Source: a bacterium
GTDB taxonomy: Bacteria > Patescibacteriota > UBA1384 > JAGGWG01
Assembly (NCBI GenBank): GCA_021157605.1
Contig: JAGGWG010000020.1
Coordinates: 1,110 to 65,109, forward strand
Length of the DNA stretch: 64,000 nucleotides
Direction of reading: 5' to 3'
Positions 1 to 9,977 of this stretch are shown piece by piece. The notes below the pieces were generated by a model that did not search any database, was not told the origin of the DNA, and saw only the letters and a list, made by a program, of their open reading frames with translations. The stretch's first letter is position 1, and each line of letters opens with the position of its first letter. The translations under genes were made by a program, and so were the position numbers.

Positions 1-2
1 AA

Positions 3-302
3 AGAGTAGAACGAAAACCTACGCCACTAATTGCTAAACCAGAAAAAGCTCCAGTAAAAGAAAAACGAATAGAGATCGGAAACCTTGGCGGTATAAAAAT
101 AAATCTAAGAGGACAAATAGAAGAAATCCTTCCGCAAACAAAAATGTTAGTTAAAGAAGAGGAGATTATTTACAGTGGCCAAGAGATAACTCCCGGAGAA
201 AGAATCAGATTTACCTCCAAAGAAGGCAAATCCATTACTCTTGTTTATGAAGGTAAAGATTACAATGATAATGCGATCTTCCAAGTAATAGAACAATTTT
301 AA
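3..302 (+). CDS. Partial hypothetical protein (C-terminal end)
   Basis: Open frame from the window edge (RVERKPTPLIAKPEKAPVKEK...NAIFQVIEQF) to TAA at 300-302; not in the ORF track. Confidence 0.7.
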   Translation, partial: RVERKPTPLIAKPEKAPVKEKRIEIGNLGGIKINLRGQIEEILPQTKMLVKEEEIIYSGQEITPGERIRFTSKEGKSITLVYEGKDYNDNAIFQVIEQF

Positions 303-316
303 AATAAGTCAAAAAA

Positions 317-2398
317 ATGACCAAACCAAAAAACGAGCAAAGCCTTGAACAAGATACTGAAACCCAAATCCCTGTTATGCCTGAAGAACAAACAGCCCCA
401 ACTCCTCCTCCAACTGAACCAAGCAGTGAAGGGATAGAAGGAGAAGCTGAAACAACAAAACAGGAAAAAGAAGGAGAAGAAATAACAAAAACAGAAACAG
501 CCACAGAGATAAATAAAACTGAAGAAGAAACACAAAAAGAATTGCCAACTCTTGAGGAAGAAAAGCTGTCTGCTAAAGTAGAGGTTAAACCCGGAGCTGA
601 ACTGCCGCCATTAAAAACAGGAAAATCATATTATTATAAAGACCAATCAGGCAACCCAAGAATAATCCATATTGCTGCCAGAGATGGTGATAAACTAACA
701 GTTAGGTTTGAAAAACTCACACCTACAGATAAAGGAAATTGGCAGCTTGCTCCTGACCCAGAAGACAATCAAGAATATCAGATAGACCATGAGGATCTTG
801 CCCCAAGATTAAGAGCAAGAATCAGCCAAGCCAAGCTAGATCCAGAAACACTAGAAAGAGAGTTTGAACAAAAAGAAAAGGAATACAATATAGACAGCAA
901 AAGAAAATCTCAGCCAAGAAGTAGTTTTTCCGTCTCTCCAATCCAAACTCTTTCTGCAGCTCAACAAAAAGGAGAACAAAGAAAGCAAGAGCCAAAACCC
1001 AGGAAACAAACAAAAGAAACAAAAAAGAAAGCAGAAAAAATTTACCAAAGAACTAGTACAGGCGAAAAAACTCAAGAGTCTACACGTGAAAAACAGAGCG
1101 AATTTCCAGCAACAGAAACAAGAGAAATTGAGTTAGCTGAATCTGACCCTCTCTTAAAATGGGCACAAGAAAAATTAGGTTCCAAAGATCTCAAAGTAGA
1201 ACTGATGCCAGCCAAAGAAAAAAAAGAAAGAATAGTATTAATCTCTGGAGGCATATATAAAGACAAACACAGCGACACTTACTATATTGTACAAACTGTC
1301 TACCCTTTTCCCTTTTCAACTTCAGAGTGTATATACGACAACGAGGAAAAGAAATGGAAAATAAGAAAATCACAAATACCAGCAGGTGATTTTCTAAAAT
1401 TAATAAGAAGCGGTGATATCGAAATAATTAAACCTGACAAAGGCGAATCACCAGCTCAAAAAGTTCCAAAAAAATTAAGAGAAAATCGATATTTTGCTAA
1501 TCATTATCTTTTAGCAATTGCCCAAAGAGCAGCCAGTAAAGAGTTTAAAGGAAGCAGAAACGAAGGCGAAAAGAGAGCAAAAGAACGCCGTCAAAAAATT
1601 GTCGCTTTGAAAAATATGCTAATAAATGGTATGCGGCAAGGATTTATATGGGAAAAGATGCAAACTGGAGAAAAGTTTATTTTAGAAAAATTAACTCCGA
1701 CAAGAGTAAAGTTAAGAAATGCTGAAACAGGAGAAGAGCTTTTTCTCTCTAATCCCACATTCTTCCTTATGAATTATGACCCAGTAGAAAGAAGGCAAGA
1801 AAAGAAAACTCAAGAAACCGCACCAGAAAAAAAACAAACTGAAGAAAAAATAGAGAAACAACCGCAAGAACAGCCAGAAGAAATAGAAAACCAACCCTCA
1901 GAAGAACAACCTCAAGAACAAACAGAAGAAACAGCACAAGAACAAGCCGAAACCAAACCTTCTGACAACACTCCTGAAACATTCCAGATTACAAAACAAC
2001 TACCAACAAAGCCTTATTTTAGAGAACCTCCCTTTGAATCTAATCCTGAAGAGCCATCTTCTAACCCATACACAAATATCTTTCTGGAAAACGCTCAAAA
2101 TTATATAGGAGAACAAATTCTTCCTGAACAAGCCAGAACTCTAAAAATAGGAGAGATTATCTTTAGGGGTGAGGTTAGAGATAATACTATAAGCGGCCGT
2201 TATGCTAAAATTTCAGGCATTACAGATGAAGGAATAAGATACCGACTAATAAATTCAGACAATAATTTTGGTCCTAAAGAGCCAAAAAAACTAAGCAGGA
2301 AAAAAGAAAGAGAAATTGCTTTTTCTGAAATTGCTTCTTCTGAAGAAGAGGCAGAAAACCAGAATAAATATCTCCTTTACAGGGTAAACTTGGGATAA
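317..2398 (+). CDS. Hypothetical protein with E/Q/K/P-rich linkers and several small beta-rich modules
   Basis: 693-aa ORF; low-complexity acidic tracts alternate with globular segments; no recognisable family. Confidence 0.8.
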   Translation: MTKPKNEQSLEQDTETQIPVMPEEQTAPTPPPTEPSSEGIEGEAETTKQEKEGEEITKTETATEINKTEEETQKELPTLEEEKLSAKVEVKPGAELPPLKTGKSYYYKDQSGNPRIIHIAARDGDKLTVRFEKLTPTDKGNWQLAPDPEDNQEYQIDHEDLAPRLRARISQAKLDPETLEREFEQKEKEYNIDSKRKSQPRSSFSVSPIQTLSAAQQKGEQRKQEPKPRKQTKETKKKAEKIYQRTSTGEKTQESTREKQSEFPATETREIELAESDPLLKWAQEKLGSKDLKVELMPAKEKKERIVLISGGIYKDKHSDTYYIVQTVYPFPFSTSECIYDNEEKKWKIRKSQIPAGDFLKLIRSGDIEIIKPDKGESPAQKVPKKLRENRYFANHYLLAIAQRAASKEFKGSRNEGEKRAKERRQKIVALKNMLINGMRQGFIWEKMQTGEKFILEKLTPTRVKLRNAETGEELFLSNPTFFLMNYDPVERRQEKKTQETAPEKKQTEEKIEKQPQEQPEEIENQPSEEQPQEQTEETAQEQAETKPSDNTPETFQITKQLPTKPYFREPPFESNPEEPSSNPYTNIFLENAQNYIGEQILPEQARTLKIGEIIFRGEVRDNTISGRYAKISGITDEGIRYRLINSDNNFGPKEPKKLSRKKEREIAFSEIASSEEEAENQNKYLLYRVNLG

Positions 2399-2477
2399 TC
2401 CTTTATTTTTTATAATTTTTCTTGATTTTTCTCTTTTTTTATGCTAATTTTTGCTCTAATGTCAATAATTTTTTTAT

Positions 2478-3461
2478 ATGTTAGTAAAGCCTAAAAAAGA
2501 GCTGGACAAACTTTTTCAGATTCTGCCGCAACGCCCCAAAGAGCAAAGAGAAAAAGATGTTCTCTTTGCCCGTTTTGGTATTAATGGCAAAGAACAAAGC
2601 CTACAAGCAATAGGCAACCGCTACCATATTACTCGCGAAAGAGTACGGCAAATTCAGAATCAGGGGATAAAAAACCTGCACAAAGCAGCTAAAAAAATAA
2701 AAATCTACAGACAAATAGCCAAAAAAGTAGAAAAACAAGCAGGAATTCTCTCTCTTGAAACCGCTTATAAAATCTTTTTGCCCAAAAACGCTACTAAAAA
2801 AAGCAAAACATTTCTTTTTCTTTTCTTGGTAGCCAACCCCCATCTGCGTTATTTTAAAGAAACCTCTAAAAACAATCCGTTTTTTACTTTTAAAATCAGC
2901 CCTAAAAAAATTAAAAAAATCTTTCAGAGAACGCTTTCTTTATTCAAAAAAGAAAAACAAGCCTTAAAAATAAGTTTAGCAGCTAAAAAATTAAAAATAG
3001 AGACAAAGCAACTAAAGGAAGTGGCCAACATTCTTAAAGAAGTAGATATTAGAGAGGGAAAGATTGGTTTAACAAGTTTCCCAGAAATCAATCCTAAAAC
3101 AACTGAAGCTAAAATTGACTTTATTTTTAAAAAGTACCAAAAACCTCTGCATTTTAGTAAAATAGCTTATCTAATCCGCAAAGAAAAGCTTTATTCCAAA
3201 AAACCAACTGAAGCTACAGTGCATAATGAGCTCATTAGACATAGGCATAAATATACATTAATAGGCAGGGGTATATATGCTTTAAAAGAGTGGGGATATA
3301 CTGAAGGAACAGTTAAAGACATAATTGCGCAAATCATTAAAAAATCCAATCGCAAACTCAGCCGGGAAGAAGTAATTGCTGAAGTCTTAAAACAACGCCA
3401 AGTAAAAAGAAACACTATCCTTTTAAATTTAGCTGGCTTTAGAAAAGAACTCAAAGCTTAA
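2478..3461 (+). CDS. Sigma-70 region 4 HTH fused to C-terminal winged-HTH (RpoE/HARE-HTH-like) domains
   Basis: REKDVLFARFG...SLQAIGNRYHITRERVRQIQ is a sigma region 4 HTH; C-terminal PLHFSKIA...TVHNELI...LIGRGIYALKEWGY. Confidence 0.8.
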   Translation: MLVKPKKELDKLFQILPQRPKEQREKDVLFARFGINGKEQSLQAIGNRYHITRERVRQIQNQGIKNLHKAAKKIKIYRQIAKKVEKQAGILSLETAYKIFLPKNATKKSKTFLFLFLVANPHLRYFKETSKNNPFFTFKISPKKIKKIFQRTLSLFKKEKQALKISLAAKKLKIETKQLKEVANILKEVDIREGKIGLTSFPEINPKTTEAKIDFIFKKYQKPLHFSKIAYLIRKEKLYSKKPTEATVHNELIRHRHKYTLIGRGIYALKEWGYTEGTVKDIIAQIIKKSNRKLSREEVIAEVLKQRQVKRNTILLNLAGFRKELKA

Positions 3462-3525
3462 AAACCATCTTTTTGCTTTTCTCCTCTTTGCTTTTGCGTA
3501 TTTTCCTGATATCTTTATAAGAAAT

Positions 3526-6234
3526 ATGGATACAGCTTCAAGCTTTATTTTATTGTTAACTCTAACAGGAGTTTTTTTAGGATTATACTACTATCGCCAA
3601 AAGCAGAAACTAGCCTACACCAAAGAACAGTTAGATAAAGTGGAGTGGAGTCTTCTTTCTTTAGCAGTTCCCAAAGAAAATGAAAAAGGACCAGAAGCAG
3701 CTGAAAATATGTTTGCCGCTTTACACGGCATCTTTCAGGAAAACCTACCTGAAAATCTCCAATCCCAAATCAGCTTTGAAATAGTCTCTAAACCTCAAGC
3801 TATAAACTTCTATGTTGCTTGCCCTAAGTATTTAGTTGATTTTATTGAAAGCCAAGTTTATGCCCAATATCCCAGTGTAGAAATCAGAAAAGTAGAGGAT
3901 TACATCCGTTTTGCTCCACAAACGCACTTTGCCGTAGGGGAACTCGCTACTACCAAAGAAGATATTCTACCGATCAAAACCTTTCCCAACTTTGAAGTAG
4001 ATCCTTTGTCTTCACTAACTAGTATTCTCTCTAAAATCTCAGGAGACGAACAGATTTGGGTGCAGATTGTGGTACGACCCATAGCTGATGAATGGCAAAA
4101 AAAGAGCCTAAACTGGACCCAAAGCGTAAAGAATACAGGCCGCACTCCGGGATTAGCTTTAAGCACCAGCAGTGTTTTAAAAACATTAATCAATTTTCTT
4201 AAAGAACTGATACAAACAGCCAAAGGAGGCGAAACAGGTGGCGGTGAAGGAGGGGAAGTGCAAATTCCCGGCCCTTTGCAGGCAGCCATAGAAGGAGCAG
4301 AACAAAAAAGCACCAAACTGGGATATAAAACAAAAATTAGGTTAGTAGTTTTTGCTAATGACCCGCAGACAGCTCAGGGGAAACTGCAAAGTGCAGTTGG
4401 CTCTTTTAAGCAATTCAATACTCTTAATGCTAATGGTTTTGCCTTGGGTAAGGTAGTTATAGATGACCCACAGGCTTTAAATCAATACCAAAAAAGATAT
4501 TTTCTTAATGACGGTTTTATCCTTAATGTAGAAGAACTAGCTTCTCTCTTTCATTTACCCAATGTCTCTGTAGAAACTCCGAAAATAGCCTGGTCTGGAG
4601 CTAAAAAAGGCGAACCGCCAAAAAATTTGCCTATTAAAAAGAAAAAAATCAACAAAGACTTAACTATTTTTGCTGCTACTGATTTTAGAGGCTCAAAAAA
4701 AGAGTTTGGCATTTTAAGAGAAGACCGCAGACACCATATGTACTTTATTGGTAAAACCGGGGTCGGCAAATCAACGGTTTTACACAATATGGCTATTTCT
4801 GACATTCAAAAAGGGGAAGGGTTAGCGGTTATTGATCCCCACGGTGAATTAGTAGAATCTCTGCTAGATTTTATCCCTAAAGAAAGAATAAAAGATGTTG
4901 TTTATTTTAATCCTGCTGATCAAGACTATCCTATTGCCTTTAATCTTTTAGAAAATGTAAAACCTGAATTAAAAACCATTGTTGCTTCTGGACTAGTAGG
5001 GATATTTAAGAAAATTTGGGCTGAATCTTGGGGACCGAGATTAGAGTATATACTCAGAAACGATATTTTAGCTCTTTTAGACTATCCTGATGCCACCCTT
5101 TTGGGAGTAACCAGAATTTTAGTAGATAAAGATTTTCGCCAAGAGGTAATAAAACACATCAAAGACCCGGTAATAAAAGAATTTTGGATATCTGAGTTTG
5201 AACAATACGACCAACGTTTCCGCACTGAAGCTATTGCTCCCATACAAAATAAAGTAGGTCAATTCTTGGCTTCACCCTTAATCCGCAATATTGTGGGGCA
5301 AAAAAGATCAACTTTGGATATAGGCGAAATCATGAACTCACGAAAAATACTTTTAATAAACCTATCCAAGGGCAAAATAGGGGAAGATGCCTCTGGCCTT
5401 TTGGGGGCAATGTTAATTACTAAGATTCAGATTGCCGCTTTAGAACGGGCTTCTATTAAACCGGAAAAAAGAAAAGATTTCTATCTCTACGTAGATGAAT
5501 TCCAAAACTTTGCTACTGAGGCTTTTGCCACTATCCTTTCTGAGGCAAGAAAGTACCGCCTAAACCTCATTATGGCTAACCAGTATATTGCTCAAATGGA
5601 AGAGCAGGTAAGAGATTCTGTTTTTGGCAATGTCGGAACCTTGATATCTTTTAGAGTAGGGCCATCAGATGCTCCTTACTTAGCCAAAGAGTTTATGCCC
5701 ACTTTTGAAGAAACAGATCTTATAAATTTGGATAAATTCCATATCTACCTAAAGATGTCTATTAAAGGCATTACTTCGCCGCCTTTCTCAGCTGAAACTT
5801 TGCCTCCTTTTGACGGCAAAGAGGGACTGGCAAAAGAAGTAATTGAACACAGCCGCAAAATCTATGCCCAACCTTTAGTCAAAGTAAAAAAAGAAATAGA
5901 AGATCAAGCACAAAGCAAAATCATTGAGGCTTTTGAGGATTTGGTAAAACCCAAAAAAATAAAAGTAGGGGATAAAACCTTTCTTGTACGCAAAGGCACA
6001 ACTGGCCATTACTGGTATTTTCCTTTAAACAATTCAAAAAGGGAAAAGCCAAATAAAAAGAAAGACAACCCCACAACTCAAAAAGAATCTTCGCCAGAAC
6101 CAAAAAAGAAAAAAAGAGTTCTTAAAAAACTGATTCAAGAAGCACTAAAAGAAAAAGAAGAACCTAAAAAAGAATCAAAAGACAATCTTAATAATAGCAC
6201 ACTAAAAAAAGAAAAAGGGGAGATAGAGCTTTAA
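3526..6234 (+). CDS. VirD4/TraD/HerA-like ATPase (T4SS coupling-protein DNA-binding domain), N-terminal TM
   Basis: Walker A GKTGVGKS, VIDPHG, Walker B LYVDEFQNF, LSEARKYRL motif; architecture common in CPR. Confidence 0.85.
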   Translation: MDTASSFILLLTLTGVFLGLYYYRQKQKLAYTKEQLDKVEWSLLSLAVPKENEKGPEAAENMFAALHGIFQENLPENLQSQISFEIVSKPQAINFYVACPKYLVDFIESQVYAQYPSVEIRKVEDYIRFAPQTHFAVGELATTKEDILPIKTFPNFEVDPLSSLTSILSKISGDEQIWVQIVVRPIADEWQKKSLNWTQSVKNTGRTPGLALSTSSVLKTLINFLKELIQTAKGGETGGGEGGEVQIPGPLQAAIEGAEQKSTKLGYKTKIRLVVFANDPQTAQGKLQSAVGSFKQFNTLNANGFALGKVVIDDPQALNQYQKRYFLNDGFILNVEELASLFHLPNVSVETPKIAWSGAKKGEPPKNLPIKKKKINKDLTIFAATDFRGSKKEFGILREDRRHHMYFIGKTGVGKSTVLHNMAISDIQKGEGLAVIDPHGELVESLLDFIPKERIKDVVYFNPADQDYPIAFNLLENVKPELKTIVASGLVGIFKKIWAESWGPRLEYILRNDILALLDYPDATLLGVTRILVDKDFRQEVIKHIKDPVIKEFWISEFEQYDQRFRTEAIAPIQNKVGQFLASPLIRNIVGQKRSTLDIGEIMNSRKILLINLSKGKIGEDASGLLGAMLITKIQIAALERASIKPEKRKDFYLYVDEFQNFATEAFATILSEARKYRLNLIMANQYIAQMEEQVRDSVFGNVGTLISFRVGPSDAPYLAKEFMPTFEETDLINLDKFHIYLKMSIKGITSPPFSAETLPPFDGKEGLAKEVIEHSRKIYAQPLVKVKKEIEDQAQSKIIEAFEDLVKPKKIKVGDKTFLVRKGTTGHYWYFPLNNSKREKPNKKKDNPTTQKESSPEPKKKKRVLKKLIQEALKEKEEPKKESKDNLNNSTLKKEKGEIEL

Positions 6235-6556
6235 TTTTACTCTGAACAAAATTCAGCAGCCTCTTAATATTGTGCGACGCAAATAAAACTAAACCAAAAT
6301 CGTGGATTTGTCTAAAATACTGCAATCCCTAAATTTTAAATTTCGGCTATTAATTAAACATTAGAAAACAAAAAACTAAAAGCAAAAGAGGGAAGACTAA
6401 CACAAAAACTAAAAATTAAAGCTCAAACAAAAAATTTTTAAAAAATAATTAATTTAAAACTTCAAAAAGCCAAAAACAAACAAAGAACAAGAAAATGAAT
6501 TAAAAATTAGGTCTATACTTGCCAAACAGCCAGTCAAGACCTAGTTAGGAATATAT

Positions 6557-6602
6557 AAAAAAGCCAAAAACAGGCTTATAAGGGCAGTTTTGGCTGTTTT
6601 TT
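6557..6602. terminator. Possible bidirectional terminator between convergent transcription units
   Basis: AGCCAAAA (6562-6569) / TTTTGGCT (6588-6595) inverted repeat flanked by an A-run and a T-run. Confidence 0.4.
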
Positions 6603-6886
6603 ATATTTTACCTCAAATAAGGCAAAAATAAAGCATTTATTTTTGTTTTTTAGAGCCATAAAAAACAAAGGGCATAAAAAAGGTTATAAAAACGAAAAAG
6701 AAAACAAGAGTTTAAAAATAAAACAGCAAAAAATATTTTAAGCACTAAAATCACAATAAAACAAAAAAGAGAAAGGGCATTATTATAAAAAAGTGCTAAA
6801 AGAAAAATATTTTTAAAAATAAAAACAAAAAAACTTAAAAAAGCAAAAAGAGTAGAAGGAAAGGAGGGAGGTTTGTTATTGGTATA

Positions 6887-6914
6887 TCTTCGCACAATGT
6901 ATCTTATGCGACAT
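6887..6914. other. dif-like Xer recombination site
   Basis: TCTTCGCACAA-TGTATC-TTATGCGACAT: 11-6-11 layout resembling E. coli dif (GGTGCGCATAA-TGTATA-TTATGTTAAAT), in a long intergenic gap between convergent genes. Confidence 0.65.
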
Positions 6915-7084
6915 AATATACCTTAGGGATAAGAACTGGCAAAGGCCTAATTTCAAAAAATAAAAAAGAAAATTAAAAAACAACAAAATTGTTTAAGAAT
7001 ATTTCCAGAATATTGAACCTTTTGCTTTGATCAAAAACAACCAAAAAACAATTTTTTCTACCCCCTCTCCCCTATTCAAAAACT

Positions 7085-7984
7085 TTAGACCACCTTTTTC
7101 TTCTTTCTTTGCAAAAGATCCACTAAAAGAGGGGTGGCTAAAAATATAGAGGAATATGTGCCAATACCTACTCCGATTGCCAAAGCCAAAGAAAAGTTTT
7201 TAATACTCTCCCCTCCTAAGAGGTATAAAGACAAAAGAACCAAAATAGTAGTAAAAGCAGTTCCCACTGAACGAGCCAATGTCTGCCAAATAGATAAGTC
7301 AGCCAAATCAGCTAATGCCCCCTCCTCTTTGATAAGATTTTCTCTGACACGGTCAAAAACAACAATGGTATCATTTACAGAATAGCCAATAGTAGTCAAA
7401 AGAGCGGTAATAAAGTAAGAATCAATAACTATTTTTGGACTAAAATGGCCCAAAAAAGAAAAACTGCCCAAAACAATCAGAGCATCATGAATTAAAGCAA
7501 TAACTGCCACTATACCAAAAAACCAACTGGAATACCCCTCAGGCACACTGCGAAAAGCATAAGCTACATATAAAATAATAGCTATAGAAGCCAGAACAAC
7601 CCCTAATAATGCCTTGCGCTGTAAATCCTTACTGACTGAAGGGCCAACACTCTCATAAGAAAGTTCCTTAAAATCAGCTACTTTTCTTAAAGCTTCTTTG
7701 AGCTTGCAATAATCATTCTCCTCTAAGTTTTGGGTGCGGATAAAATACTCTTTTTCTGAAGGTTGGATTTGAAAATAATCAAAACCAGCCTGTTTTAGTT
7801 GGGCGGCTACTCTGTCTTTAGTCACTTCTTTTTCAAACCTAATTTTTAATACACTACCTCCGGCAAAATCTATACCAAGATTAAAACGCCAGAAAACAAC
7901 TAAAAGAATGGAAACCAAAACAAGCAATAAAGAAAAAAGGTAAAACACTTTTCTGAATTTTATAAAACTAAAAGGTAATTTCAT
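7085..7984 (-). CDS. secF: Protein translocase subunit SecF
   Basis: LGIDFAGG, VGPSVS, GYSVNDTIVVFDRVREN motifs. Confidence 0.97.
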   Translation of the reverse strand: MKLPFSFIKFRKVFYLFSLLLVLVSILLVVFWRFNLGIDFAGGSVLKIRFEKEVTKDRVAAQLKQAGFDYFQIQPSEKEYFIRTQNLEENDYCKLKEALRKVADFKELSYESVGPSVSKDLQRKALLGVVLASIAIILYVAYAFRSVPEGYSSWFFGIVAVIALIHDALIVLGSFSFLGHFSPKIVIDSYFITALLTTIGYSVNDTIVVFDRVRENLIKEEGALADLADLSIWQTLARSVGTAFTTILVLLSLYLLGGESIKNFSLALAIGVGIGTYSSIFLATPLLVDLLQRKKKKVV

Positions 7985-9297
7985 TTTTTAGTTATTATTT
8001 TCCCTGCCCTTTCAGGCACAAAAGCCTGTAAAAATGTGCGCGTAATAGTAATAGCTGAAAACATGCTCATCAAAATCCCAATGCCTAAAGTAACAGCAAA
8101 ACCTTTTATTTGGCCAGTTCCAAAAGAGTATAAAATTAAAGCAATCAAAAGACTGGAAACATTAGAATCTCTAATAGAAGGCCAGGCTCTCTTAAAACCT
8201 TCATTAATAGCCAAGGAGAGATCAGACCCCGATCTAAATTCCTCTTTGGTCCGTTCAAAAATCAAGATATTAGCGTCCACCGCCATACCTATAGAAAGAA
8301 TAAAGCCAGCTATACCAGATAAGGTTAAGGTAAAACCACCCAATTTAAAAAGGGAGAGAACTAAAACTCCATAAATAGAAAGGGCAGCAATAGCCCAAAA
8401 GCCAAAATAACGATAGTTTATCAACATATAAAGAGCCACCAAAAAAAGACCAATAATGCCGGCTACCAAGCTTTTTTGTATTGCTTCCTCACCCAAACTT
8501 GCCTCTACTGTTCTTTCCTCAACCAATTTAATAGGCACTGGCAAAGCACCAGCATTGAGCTGAATAGATAGCCGCTTAGCTTCTTGGGGGGTAAACTGGC
8601 CAGTAATCACCGCTTTGCCGCCAACAATTGCCTCTCTAACTATAGGCAGAGAAACAACTTTATTATCTAAAACAATGGCTACAGGCTTGCCAACATTGCG
8701 TTTAGTTATCTCCTCAAAATGTTTAGCCCCTCTGGAATTAAACTCTATAGAAACCTCCCACTCTTGTGTTTGCTGATTAACTGTAGGCTGAGCCCTTTTT
8801 AGATCTTTGCCAGAAAGTTCAGTCGGCTTAAAGCCAGGCAAAACCTCATTATTTTGATATTTTTTGTCTTCAGTTTGCTCCCAAAACTCAAGCTGGGCAG
8901 TCTGACCTATCAGCTCCTTAGCTTCCTCTAAATCTTTTATACCCGGCAACTCAACCAGAATCCCCCGCTTACCAGAAACAGCAACAGGATTAATCACTGG
9001 TTCACCTATACCAAACTTGTCTACGCGATTACGTATTACTTCCAAAGTAGAATCTGAAGCCGCATTCCGATCCTTAGCCTCTATATTGGAAAGGTCCAGC
9101 TGGTAAAGAAGGTGGGCACCTCCCTTGAGATCCAATCCCAAACGCAAAGGAAAATCATGATGCAAAATCTTATTTCCCCAAGGTAAAATAATCAACAAAC
9201 CTAAAACTAATAAAGCAAAAATTAAAAACAAACGCCAAAAATGTTTTTTTAACCAAATCACAAACTCTATGATAGAAAAGCTTTCTTTACTTTGCAA
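7981..9297 (-). CDS. secD: Protein translocase subunit SecD (start possibly slightly downstream)
   Basis: LGLDLKGG, LNAGALPVP, GMAVDANILIFER motifs; adjacent to secF. Confidence 0.97.
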   Translation of the reverse strand: MQSKESFSIIEFVIWLKKHFWRLFLIFALLVLGLLIILPWGNKILHHDFPLRLGLDLKGGAHLLYQLDLSNIEAKDRNAASDSTLEVIRNRVDKFGIGEPVINPVAVSGKRGILVELPGIKDLEEAKELIGQTAQLEFWEQTEDKKYQNNEVLPGFKPTELSGKDLKRAQPTVNQQTQEWEVSIEFNSRGAKHFEEITKRNVGKPVAIVLDNKVVSLPIVREAIVGGKAVITGQFTPQEAKRLSIQLNAGALPVPIKLVEERTVEASLGEEAIQKSLVAGIIGLFLVALYMLINYRYFGFWAIAALSIYGVLVLSLFKLGGFTLTLSGIAGFILSIGMAVDANILIFERTKEEFRSGSDLSLAINEGFKRAWPSIRDSNVSSLLIALILYSFGTGQIKGFAVTLGIGILMSMFSAITITRTFLQAFVPERAGKIITKK

Positions 9298-9977
9298 CTA
9301 AGATCTAAATCTTTAATCTTTAAACTCACCCTCTCTTCTTTCCCTTGAGGTGTTAAAAAAGAAAGGGAAACTGAAAAAAGCTGCAAATGCGAAATGTCTA
9401 AAATTTTGCTTGCTTTTTTGCTTAACTTTGAAGCATAAATTTTATCCCCCAAAATCGGATAACCAAGATGGCTGAGATGAACCCTGATTTGATGCCGCCT
9501 TCCTGTGTGTGGCTGAGCTTTAATTAAACTCAAAAAATTAAATTGCTGATATTTTTTATCTTTAAAAATAGTTATCTTTTTAGCAGATATAAGCTTAAAA
9601 AAAGAAAAGGAATAGCGTGCCTTTTTGCCCAAAACTCTAAAACTCTTATGGTCAAGAGCCTCTTTCTGGCTAACAAAAACCAGTGGCTCAAAAGTAAAAG
9701 GTTTCTTATCCCCTCTGCGCAATAACCCCTCAACCTTGACTTCTTTTTCTCTAAACTTGCCCAAAACAACAGCCAGATATTCTTTTTTTACTTTTCTCTC
9801 TTTAAACTGCTTTTGCAAAAACTTTAAGGATTTTTTGTCCTTAGCCACTAAAAGCAAGCCTGAAGTCTCAAAATCCAAGCGGTGGCAAATTAAAGGCGAT
9901 ATCTTTTCTGAAAGCACAAAGGGAGGCTTAAAAACAACTAAAAAATCTTTGCCTTCTTTTATGATTCTGGCTTGCAT
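9267..9977 (-). CDS. RluA-family RNA pseudouridine synthase
   Basis: HRLDFETSGLLL and TGRRHQIRVHL...ILGDKIY motifs. Confidence 0.93.
   Translation of the reverse strand: MQARIIKEGKDFLVVFKPPFVLSEKISPLICHRLDFETSGLLLVAKDKKSLKFLQKQFKERKVKKEYLAVVLGKFREKEVKVEGLLRRGDKKPFTFEPLVFVSQKEALDHKSFRVLGKKARYSFSFFKLISAKKITIFKDKKYQQFNFLSLIKAQPHTGRRHQIRVHLSHLGYPILGDKIYASKLSKKASKILDISHLQLFSVSLSFLTPQGKEERVSLKIKDLDLSCKVKKAFLS

Noticed and set aside
6650-6895. 81-aa Phe/Leu-rich ORF
   Set aside because: Artefact of poly-A-rich non-coding DNA; it overlaps the dif-like site.
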